64,000 bases of DNA from a bacterium (GTDB lineage: Bacteria; Patescibacteriota; Minisyncoccia; Phycocordibacterales; Zambryskibacteraceae), in assembly GCA_030650605.1 (NCBI GenBank), contig JAUSDP010000020.1, positions 13,486 to 77,485 of the forward strand, given 5' to 3'. The notes under the pieces were generated by a model. The model was not told the origin of the DNA. It saw only the letters and a list, made by a program, of their open reading frames with translations, and searched no databases. Shown piece by piece: positions 47,088 through 55,252 of the stretch (the first letter of the stretch is position 1; each line of letters opens with the position of its first letter). Made by a program: the position numbers and the translations under genes.

Positions 47088-48803
47088 CTATTGACGTGCA
47101 TTCTTTTCTTGCACTCTTGTGGGCAATTTTAGAGCAATCTTCGCTATTTGTTTCGCGTGGTATCCAACTTCTTTTGACGGCACAATGGCAATCTTTGCCA
47201 ATCCTGATAAGTAATGCCGCATCATCCCATTAACGATGAATCCAAATTGGTATTTCAGAATACAGGAGTGGAAGCGTGCATAGAAATTTCGGTCGTGCGG
47301 ATGGCTCTCAATACTACTTTCATCATGGCAGTATTCGTGTGCCATTAATGCCACCAATACGTGCGGGCCGCTCTCACGAATGCCCCTCAATTCCTTTCGG
47401 TTAATCGCAATATAAGAATGTCCATCAGTCCAAGCGTTCATTTGATTCGATACGCCTATGATTATTCGCCGCTTCTTGCGCTCAAAAAGAACTGACATGT
47501 CCCTGTTGTATCGGTTAAGTCCAACAAGAACAAGTTTTTCTTCGGCAGTTAATTCGCTTTCCTTCACAAGCGTATTTAGACCATCCATCTCATGAACGAG
47601 GTCCGAAAATAACACGAAAGTTGGACTAGCGTTTGTGCCGCTTAATGCCCTGAACAAAGACGTAATGACATGTTCAAAATTATCTTCATTACTTTCAAGC
47701 CCACATGTGCGCATGAATTCCGGCATGATGACATTGGCACGACCCAGTTGTTGCACCCGCTCTGCCACCATCGAATGGCGCCCGTTATAGAGCGTATAGA
47801 TATTATTGATAAACAGATCTTTCGGACTACGATTCTCTCCAAATATGTTTGGAATAAACCGGACTGTTTCAATATTTTTACATATGTTATGGTTGAATCT
47901 CTCCCTACTGCCTAAAATCATTTTCATCAACAGATAACACTCGTTGCTATCCAATTTTTTTGCACTGAGAATTCGATTGTTAAATTGTGTTTGTAGCGTT
48001 GCTAGAATGCATTTCCAAACGTGACACTCGCGTCTAAGAATCTCGTTGCGTGCCATATTGACAGTCAGAGGATGCTTAGTAACGATCGTTCCTGTAAGGC
48101 CAAACGTGGATCCCGGATAATAAGTAACGAAGGCACCTCGGTTATATACTTTCAAATTACATTGATCCGAATCAAATTTGTACCAGGCATTCTCATCCTC
48201 CACTGACCACTCAATTTCTAAAGGCGGAGTGTTAATCTGCATCCCATTGACGAAAACTGGTACAGACACGAATTTGACCATCGCTTTGATTGAATTGCCA
48301 TAGTCGCATTCCTCATCAAATCCAGAGAAATCGTGCTGATCATAAAACTCACCTTTGATCACGCACCCAGGCGCTGCGTCCTTGAACGTTGTCAACTCAT
48401 AGCCAAGATCACCACGCCGATGAATATCAACGTGCATGCCGAAAAACCCACTACGCCAATCCGTTTTGGCGAACGACATAATTTGTCCGCGCCCAATGCG
48501 AAATTTGCCGAAATAGGCATCATCTTTTTTGTGCGGCGTCCCAAATATTTCGAAGAAAGTCTCAATTTCTTCTCTCGAAGAAAACCCCTTCCCATTGTCC
48601 GCGATTGAAAATCCAACTTCGTTAATAAGCACGTCTATTCGAGTTGCCCCGGCATCTACTGAATTCATAATCAATTCGCACAAGGCTTTACTGCTACTTC
48701 CAGCCTGTTCTTTGATCAACGTCAGAATAATGGCTGGGTGAACGCCAAATTGTCGCGCTTCAGAAGTATTGTTGACGGTGGCAAGACTGCTTGATTTAGA
48801 CAT
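47088..48803 (-). CDS. GHKL (HSP90-like) ATPase with C-terminal HExxH metallopeptidase-like motif
   Basis: ELIMNSVDA, DNGKGF and GKFRIG (GHKL boxes); AWTDG...AHEYCH...HDRNFY. Confidence 0.8.
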   Translation of the reverse strand: MSKSSSLATVNNTSEARQFGVHPAIILTLIKEQAGSSSKALCELIMNSVDAGATRIDVLINEVGFSIADNGKGFSSREEIETFFEIFGTPHKKDDAYFGKFRIGRGQIMSFAKTDWRSGFFGMHVDIHRRGDLGYELTTFKDAAPGCVIKGEFYDQHDFSGFDEECDYGNSIKAMVKFVSVPVFVNGMQINTPPLEIEWSVEDENAWYKFDSDQCNLKVYNRGAFVTYYPGSTFGLTGTIVTKHPLTVNMARNEILRRECHVWKCILATLQTQFNNRILSAKKLDSNECYLLMKMILGSRERFNHNICKNIETVRFIPNIFGENRSPKDLFINNIYTLYNGRHSMVAERVQQLGRANVIMPEFMRTCGLESNEDNFEHVITSLFRALSGTNASPTFVLFSDLVHEMDGLNTLVKESELTAEEKLVLVGLNRYNRDMSVLFERKKRRIIIGVSNQMNAWTDGHSYIAINRKELRGIRESGPHVLVALMAHEYCHDESSIESHPHDRNFYARFHSCILKYQFGFIVNGMMRHYLSGLAKIAIVPSKEVGYHAKQIAKIALKLPTRVQEKNARQ

Positions 48804-49500
48804 AGGCGTAAAGTTTAAAAAAGAAGGGGATGTTCTTCGTTTCGCATGCGCTACGTAATGCACTGACCCAACTCATTTTCATTGGCCGCGCATGGGGGCC
48901 AGATTCACCTCCAACCACGATCCAATCCAATGTTTCACCGAATTGACCATGTGTCTCAGGCAGAGATACGGGACCAAGTAAGGGCTCCATACTCAACCAA
49001 CGCGTTGCAGCTGGCGTACCCAATAACTTTGCTATATCGCGGTCTGCTTCATCTTGGTTAACCACAGAGATACCCAACCAAACATTCGAATAGCCACATC
49101 CCCAATCTGCCGGAAGCATGTCTGCCACATTACCGATGCGCTTGGTGAGAATCAACCAATCCAGATTTGGTGTTGATCTGACGAGTGCCCAAAGATCATC
49201 GCGCCAGGTTGTATCAACTCGATTATCAAATACGTCGGAGAGTGAGGCGCAAAAAACACGACGCTTACGACCATGCATCGCAAAAAAATCGGGATGCCCG
49301 GAATTCCAACGAATTGGTAACTTCCAGTTTGCGGCGCTGGTACGTTGACGAGTTTCCTTCGGGCCCCAGACTATCTTCATAGTGCGTGATGGAGTGCTTA
49401 CTTCTGCATAGCAGTGATCGCATCCAGGCGAAATCTTGGAGCATCCAATCCACGGATTGAAAGTGCTATCTGTCCAAGAAATATTTGTTTCAGCGGCCAC
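48796..49500 (-). CDS. phage Gp37/Gp68 family (DUF5131) protein, possibly C-terminally truncated
   Basis: ISWTDSTFNPWIGCSKISPGCDHCYA, LTKR, SMEPLLG, WIVVGGESG and PFFFK motifs. Confidence 0.9.
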   Translation of the reverse strand: MAAETNISWTDSTFNPWIGCSKISPGCDHCYAEVSTPSRTMKIVWGPKETRQRTSAANWKLPIRWNSGHPDFFAMHGRKRRVFCASLSDVFDNRVDTTWRDDLWALVRSTPNLDWLILTKRIGNVADMLPADWGCGYSNVWLGISVVNQDEADRDIAKLLGTPAATRWLSMEPLLGPVSLPETHGQFGETLDWIVVGGESGPHARPMKMSWVSALRSACETKNIPFFFKLYAYV

Positions 49501-49553
49501 TGTTTTTCCTAATGACGTAGGGGGGTCGGAGTAATCAAATTATTGATTAAAGC

Positions 49554-49988
49554 TTATGCAGCTTTCAGGGTGACTTTTAATTCGATGCCATTCGCCGCTG
49601 GTAATTTGATGACGTCACCTGGTTTAGCGTGGATGTGATGCCTACCTTTTGAAAGCACCGTTCCTTGTTCCAGTATTTGATATTCGATGACGGCATCAAC
49701 GTCAACAGTGCGTGCGCTTTCGTCTTGAACGTATATGACCTTACCGGACATTCCAGATTCAATTTTTACCTGCTTATATTGAACTTCACCAAGATTCGAA
49801 TTGACTTCGTTGGCAATACTTTGTGATGCTATCGCCCCAAAGAACGCTTCACTCCCTGGCCGGGTGGTCACTTCGAATTGTTTTATTGGTTCCTTGCCTT
49901 TGTTGGCGGTAATTTGGAATTGCACACCATCTTGTGCACTTGCTGCGACTGCAAAAAAACAAAAAAACACAGAAATTAACTTTTTCAT
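49554..49988 (-). CDS. exported hypothetical protein
   Basis: Signal peptide with ASA cleavage site; GGAG RBS. Confidence 0.65.
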   Translation of the reverse strand: MKKLISVFFCFFAVAASAQDGVQFQITANKGKEPIKQFEVTTRPGSEAFFGAIASQSIANEVNSNLGEVQYKQVKIESGMSGKVIYVQDESARTVDVDAVIEYQILEQGTVLSKGRHHIHAKPGDVIKLPAANGIELKVTLKAA

Positions 49989-50099
49989 CTTAGCTCCGTT
50001 TTACCCCAGGGCTCGCGAGGTGCCGATTGAGCGATTGCTCGGAATTTTTCACAGCGCCTTTTCATAATGTGTCCGTAGCGTCCCTATTCATACTGAGCT

Positions 50100-51620
50100 C
50101 TATTGCTTCATACGAACAACATTACGTTTCTCAATCGACTCACCTTCATCCGTACTTTCTGGCTTACTACCTTCGGATACGTGCCATCCAGGATCAATTG
50201 TTTCCGTCGTATTTGACTTGAATATATCAAGGCCAGCTTCAGCTTCTATTTGAATAGAGTTGTATCGATAGTCTGGATAGAACTGAGACAAGTAGCGACG
50301 ACAAATGGAGTCATATACTTTCGCTTCGTCGCCAGTTAGCGCGCTCTTCGGTGGGACATTGCCAGTGGGAATAATGGCGTGATGCGCAGAACCTTGATCA
50401 ATTAATTTTTGTGCATTCCAGCATCCTGAGACCTGAGACAAATCAGCTTTTGCTGTCAAGCCAGCTAATATTGGTGCTATATTCTTCAAGATATCAGTTG
50501 AATCGGCGTGTTGTGACTCAGGCACATGCCGCGCATCGGTTCCGATGTAACTAATCGCCTTATGTTTTTCATAGAGTCCTTGCGCGGCCTTGGCTACTTG
50601 TTTCGCGGTCATACCGTGTTTCTTACCCACGGCTGAGCCCAGCGCACTCCCAGAAAAAGGCAAAGGTGGCGGCTGTTTCTTCTCTTCGATAGTGGCTCGC
50701 GTGATAGTCGTAGCCACGTGGGCAGCTAGAATATTTTTTAGAATAGCCTCGGCAACTTGCTTGTCGATAATTCGTCCATGCGCATCGATACCGAGCATGC
50801 TTCCACCTTCTTTACGCGACTGCCAGGCCAATTCGTGCCCACTCTCCAACGTGATAACGGGCACGTAATAGTCTTGCTTCACGAATTTTTGAATATCAAG
50901 CGTTCGTTTGACGACGAGTCGTGTCACTGGCGTGCGCACACGCCCCACAGGAACAACCGTCTTGGCCGATATTGAATAAGACCTAGAACCTGCCATGCCT
51001 ATCATCCAATCAGCCTTAGCTCGGCACTCGCCAGCAAAACGGCCTTGAACAAATTCAGACTCTCCATTCGAGCGACGCGGGGCATCTATAACGCGACGCA
51101 AGGATTTATCGTCCAGACTGGTAATCAGTACACGCTCAACAGGCTTTTGCGAGCCGTCAGGATTTATTCCGGCCCACTCAATGAGTTCGTCGGCCAAATA
51201 TTGCCCTTCGCGGTCAATATCTCCCGCGTTGACGATAATTTTGGCGTCTTTTAAGAGCTTCGTCACAATCGCCAATTGCGGCATCGGCACAGGATCCCCG
51301 CTACGACTCAGCTTAATGCGTCCTTTTTCATCACGCTCAGACTTTGGACGTTTAATCCATTTCGAGTCTTCCACCATTAAATAAGGTATCGCTTCTTTCG
51401 CGAAAAATTTTCCCTTGAGTGCTTCTGGTAAGTAGGCATCAGGTTCAGCTTGCTCAACCAAGTGCCCTATCGCATGCGTGACAATATCGCCGTTCTTCAA
51501 CAGGTAATAGCCTGGGAACCGTTTATCAACACCGAAATATTCTGCGAGGGCTTTTGCCACAGACGGTTTTTCTGTGAGCCAAGTTCTTGTCACCATTAGA
51601 TTAGGCTTCTCCGCAGACAA
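50100..51620 (-). CDS. topB: DNA topoisomerase III, N-terminal part (Toprim + catalytic Tyr)
   Basis: TEKPSVAK, GHLVE, AGDIDREGQ, VGRVRTP, PPLPF, QGLYE, ISYIGTD and HHAIIPT; ends just after the PGW of domain II. Confidence 0.9.
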   Translation of the reverse strand: MSAEKPNLMVTRTWLTEKPSVAKALAEYFGVDKRFPGYYLLKNGDIVTHAIGHLVEQAEPDAYLPEALKGKFFAKEAIPYLMVEDSKWIKRPKSERDEKGRIKLSRSGDPVPMPQLAIVTKLLKDAKIIVNAGDIDREGQYLADELIEWAGINPDGSQKPVERVLITSLDDKSLRRVIDAPRRSNGESEFVQGRFAGECRAKADWMIGMAGSRSYSISAKTVVPVGRVRTPVTRLVVKRTLDIQKFVKQDYYVPVITLESGHELAWQSRKEGGSMLGIDAHGRIIDKQVAEAILKNILAAHVATTITRATIEEKKQPPPLPFSGSALGSAVGKKHGMTAKQVAKAAQGLYEKHKAISYIGTDARHVPESQHADSTDILKNIAPILAGLTAKADLSQVSGCWNAQKLIDQGSAHHAIIPTGNVPPKSALTGDEAKVYDSICRRYLSQFYPDYRYNSIQIEAEAGLDIFKSNTTETIDPGWHVSEGSKPESTDEGESIEKRNVVRMKQ

Positions 51621-51930
51621 TCAAAGGCACGTCTTTGACAAATTCAGCAAAAGCAATTATTTCGCGTTGTCTCAATTCACCTTCGATCACTTCAATGACG
51701 TCATTCGAATTTATATTAATATCGGTTTCAAAAAATTCTGTTCGTCCGTCTTCGTGACTAATGGAGTAATCAATAGAAAGGCGTCGACTAACGGCATCAT
51801 CCAGAATTGTTAGTGACCCTCGCACGGGTTGTTCTTGACCGACTGGCTTGGTTCCCCATTGAAAATGCGTGTGTCGCTGTCTCTCGCGAGGGATTCCGCA
51901 TTTATCAAAAAAGCCTGTAATGGTTAGCAT
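51601..51930 (-). CDS. hypothetical protein
   Basis: AGGAG RBS; overlaps the topB-N start. Confidence 0.6.
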   Translation of the reverse strand: MLTITGFFDKCGIPRERQRHTHFQWGTKPVGQEQPVRGSLTILDDAVSRRLSIDYSISHEDGRTEFFETDININSNDVIEVIEGELRQREIIAFAEFVKDVPLIVCGEA

Positions 51931-51982
51931 AAAATCTCCTTTTAATTATCGAATGATAGTATATATACGAACTAAAAACAAT

Positions 51983-52225
51983 TCAATTTGAAGGACTTCG
52001 AACCAATGCACTCAACTGAATTTCAGACAATTGAGAGATTGCGATATTTGTCCAACCGCTATAAATCATAAGCCCATACACATCGGCAAGTGCCTTGACG
52101 TTGGGGCCCAAAGTCAACCCACCTTGCTCCAATTTTCTCCAAAGATTAATGGCCGCTTCAATTTCTTGAATTGAAAAAGTAACTTTTTGGGTCACATTTC
52201 CAGCATGAGTCGTTAGCATTTCCAT
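51983..52225 (-). CDS. DUF3717-like protein
   Basis: SIQEIEAAINLWR...ALADVYGLMI pattern. Confidence 0.65.
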   Translation of the reverse strand: MEMLTTHAGNVTQKVTFSIQEIEAAINLWRKLEQGGLTLGPNVKALADVYGLMIYSGWTNIAISQLSEIQLSALVRSPSN

Positions 52226-52243
52226 TATTAGTCCTTTTTTGTT

Positions 52244-52801
52244 TTAGGCGCATCCATACTGTTTTTTTCCGTCAACAATTCTAAAACGTCCCCCACGCGG
52301 TCCAACGAGACAATCAGAAACGTCAGTTGCAACAAGCCCAGTTTTTTTATGGCGATAATCCCAGGGCGGCACGGGATCAACATCATGCCAAAGACCGATA
52401 TGTCCATTTTTTGCTTGCAATTGGAGAAGTGGCAAAGTCACGTCATGGTTATACCTTGTGTAGACCCAGGCCAAACCTCGTTCAACTTGAGCACGATTTA
52501 CGTCAATTCCACCGCATTGCACAATCGCGATCGTTCTTTTTTTCTCGCGAATAGTTTGTTCCATTCCTGTTACATGCACGATAGCTTCTTTGCCATAGCA
52601 CATGTCGGATAGTGATTTTTTTGATGCTTGACCAAAAGCTTGTGTTTTCTCCGGCGCATCGACATTTGCTAGTCGAATCCTTAACGGACTACCGTTTTCC
52701 ATCACGTCCAGTGTGTCACCATCCAACACGCCAATGACTTTGCTTGCATAGCAGGGAAAACAAAGCAAAGCACCTACGATGAGCACATAATATTTTTTCA
52801 T
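52244..52801 (-). CDS. thermonuclease (SNase) family exported nuclease
   Basis: Signal peptide, VLDGDT, IRLANVDAPE, GLW...PWDYR and C-terminal GPRGG. Confidence 0.9.
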   Translation of the reverse strand: MKKYYVLIVGALLCFPCYASKVIGVLDGDTLDVMENGSPLRIRLANVDAPEKTQAFGQASKKSLSDMCYGKEAIVHVTGMEQTIREKKRTIAIVQCGGIDVNRAQVERGLAWVYTRYNHDVTLPLLQLQAKNGHIGLWHDVDPVPPWDYRHKKTGLVATDVSDCLVGPRGGRFRIVDGKKQYGCA

Positions 52802-52901
52802 TTTTGTGTAATTTTTCTAAATTCTAGCCGCCGCCCCTCAGTGGGTCGCTGAGCCAATATGCAGTGCACGACGAATATTCACTTTCCTCATGCGCGAGCG
52901 A

Positions 52902-53396
52902 TCAGGCAATCACCCCTTCAAAAGAACATTGAAAATTTGGCGACGGATTAATGTCGATAAGCTTCATCGGCGAATATTCCTTCAATTTGTGACGCCACAA
53001 GATATCGCTCTTTTGCGCTTGCTCACTCAATACCATTGTCGGCATTGATCCAAAAGTTTCCAAGACAACTTGGATAACAGAGACACTACATAAATCGGAG
53101 CAAACGTCTGGCCAAATTCTAATTTCGGCAGAATTGACATCGACCGCTTGACCTTCAAACTTTTTGAATTCACCATGCAACGATTCCAGTGTCGGCCCGA
53201 ACTTCCAAAGTGAAAATGATTCACTGGAAATAAGTGGGCGACTAAAATGATCTAACATGACACGATGTGCCACATACATCAACTTGATCAATTTGAATCC
53301 ACTTAAAGAAATGCCACGTTCGGCCGCAACTATAAGAAAAGTTTTTGCAATTGCTCTAGTTTGAAAGTTGATTTTTGCATTCATCGGAATCACCAT
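52902..53396 (-). CDS. Panacea / DUF4065 (SocA-like) antitoxin domain protein
   Basis: KLIKLMYVAH...PLI...FSLWKFGP pattern. Confidence 0.75.
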   Translation of the reverse strand: MVIPMNAKINFQTRAIAKTFLIVAAERGISLSGFKLIKLMYVAHRVMLDHFSRPLISSESFSLWKFGPTLESLHGEFKKFEGQAVDVNSAEIRIWPDVCSDLCSVSVIQVVLETFGSMPTMVLSEQAQKSDILWRHKLKEYSPMKLIDINPSPNFQCSFEGVIA

Positions 53397-53427
53397 TGGT
53401 TTAGAAAAAAAGTATTTCGATGAATTA

Positions 53428-53457
53428 ACAATACAGGAAATTTTGACCGTGTCAAAT
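53428..53457 (-). promoter_or_regulatory. sigma70 promoter, repeated family D
   Basis: TTGACA-CGGTCAAAATTTCCTG-TATTGT; TTTGAC-N3-GTCAAA inverted repeat over the -35 box. Confidence 0.55.
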
Positions 53458-53492
53458 TTAAGGATTTAATTCGGGTACAAATGAAAGCTTTT

Positions 53493-54179
53493 TTATGAGC
53501 ATCCATACGTAAAATTAGTATTTTGATGCGACTCTTCTTCACATCTTAATTTGAGCAGGAACGATAGTTCGCCAAGGAATCGTTCGGCGGCAAGGTTAGA
53601 CGGCCATGGAGACCAGGGTGCGCAGTCATATATTTTGACAAGTGGATCGACCACCAAAATAGGATGCATGATACCAAGTACATCACGTACTTCGTGATGC
53701 GTCCATCCTGCACAATGGACTGCTTCGGATGCAGCCGCGATCAAATCGGCACGTTTGTGAATAAGATGAATATCTGGACGCCATGCCGGCAGGTCATAGC
53801 GAGTACAAATAGCTGACATTAGTCGGTCACTAACATCTTTGAAGGGTTGACCAAGAACACCCTTCAAAGGTGAAATGCAATCAAATCCAATAAAGCCTTC
53901 CTCTGCATCATGTAGAAGTTCGTGAAGCGCTTCCTCAGGCGTCAGTGGCGAATTGGACCATTCGCGACGTAGTGCAAGAACTGTCAAGCAATGTTGGGCT
54001 ACAGAGAGGGGTTCTGTCCATGCCGACTCCCCTCCCCAGCGATAAGTACGCGAAAGGCGTATTGCAAGGTCTGAATCAAGCCAATCTTCAGATGATGGGT
54101 TGATAAGATCAAGGCGCAGACCCGAGGGCAAACGTGTCCATGCTCTTGGTCTTGCCGCGCCAATTTTCATTTCTCTCAT
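53493..54179 (-). CDS. HD-domain phosphohydrolase (YfbR-like)
   Basis: SVAQH, LLHDAEE, D.ISPLK and AD motifs. Confidence 0.85.
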   Translation of the reverse strand: MREMKIGAARPRAWTRLPSGLRLDLINPSSEDWLDSDLAIRLSRTYRWGGESAWTEPLSVAQHCLTVLALRREWSNSPLTPEEALHELLHDAEEGFIGFDCISPLKGVLGQPFKDVSDRLMSAICTRYDLPAWRPDIHLIHKRADLIAAASEAVHCAGWTHHEVRDVLGIMHPILVVDPLVKIYDCAPWSPWPSNLAAERFLGELSFLLKLRCEEESHQNTNFTYGCS

Positions 54180-54343
54180 GCCTTAATGGTTCAAATACCC
54201 TCAATCTATTCCAAGCATCAGGGATTTAAACGTTTACCCTGCGTAACGGTTGATTATTGAAAATATCAACAGCATCGAAAACGAAAAAGCGATAGGTCGC
54301 AGAAACACAAAAAGCAAAGCAATATTCATATTTTCTTCCGTGC

Positions 54344-54682
54344 TTAGGATGGTGAAACGACTTCGACTTCGTAAGATTCAAACAAAGACTTACAAAGATC
54401 ATGATCCACAACGCTGCCCGGATCATAAATGGAGGCATTCGTATCCCATGCTTTAATAAAATGGTCTGATTCATCTTGGTCAGCTACCAATATATCCATT
54501 TGACAATTTGTCGTAGCGCCCTGGACGACACCCCCGGCAGCTCCGATAAATACTTTTGGCACAAACGAATTACCGCTCAAAATATTTTTACATTCGGCTA
54601 TTTGTCTATCAAGATTGCGAAATGAATCAAAAAAAATGGAAAGTGCCGTAACTTGCACATCCGTTAGTTGAATTAATTTCAT
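54344..54682 (-). CDS. hypothetical protein
   Basis: 112-aa ORF. Confidence 0.55.
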   Translation of the reverse strand: MKLIQLTDVQVTALSIFFDSFRNLDRQIAECKNILSGNSFVPKVFIGAAGGVVQGATTNCQMDILVADQDESDHFIKAWDTNASIYDPGSVVDHDLCKSLFESYEVEVVSPS

Positions 54683-54687
54683 GAATA

Positions 54688-54906
54688 TTATCCTCGCGGC
54701 CCAAAGCTACATTCATCAGAATTCTCATCATCATCGTCATTCATTAACGATGGCAAAGCATCAAGATGCATTTTTATGTTCTGAAATCTACTATCCAAAG
54801 TAGACGATGACAAATCCACGGTCACACCAGGTACATTTGATAAATGACCGGAAAATTGCGCAAAGATATTGTTTGCCTTAGCTTTGATAGTTTGTAGATT
54901 ATTCAT
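54688..54906 (-). CDS. hypothetical protein with acidic tail
   Basis: GAGGAG RBS. Confidence 0.55.
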   Translation of the reverse strand: MNNLQTIKAKANNIFAQFSGHLSNVPGVTVDLSSSTLDSRFQNIKMHLDALPSLMNDDDDENSDECSFGPRG

Positions 54907-55186
54907 GATTTGACTCCTCGATTAGTACACAAAACGACTCAATCAGAGCGATCATTTTTAAAACGACCCCACTGAATGCCACACGACCAGCGCTCAAATC
55001 ACTCAAAAAACTGGCGAAAATGAGCGCTTCTTCCTTGAACTCGGCAAGTATTTTCTTATCCTGTTCCTCGCATCTTTTTGCGGCATCCAATTCAGCATTT
55101 GAAATCATGCTAAAAACTTTATCAAGCCGCGAAATAATGGCTGAAAAATTCACTTCCGTGACCACCATTGAGTTTTCCATTTTCAA
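54899..55186 (-). CDS. hypothetical protein
   Basis: 95-aa ORF. Confidence 0.5.
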   Translation of the reverse strand: MKMENSMVVTEVNFSAIISRLDKVFSMISNAELDAAKRCEEQDKKILAEFKEEALIFASFLSDLSAGRVAFSGVVLKMIALIESFCVLIEESNHE

Positions 55187-55252
55187 TTACTTTCTTTACG
55201 CATATTACGTACTATACGATAAATAAACTACAAATATAATCTATTTGTAAGC

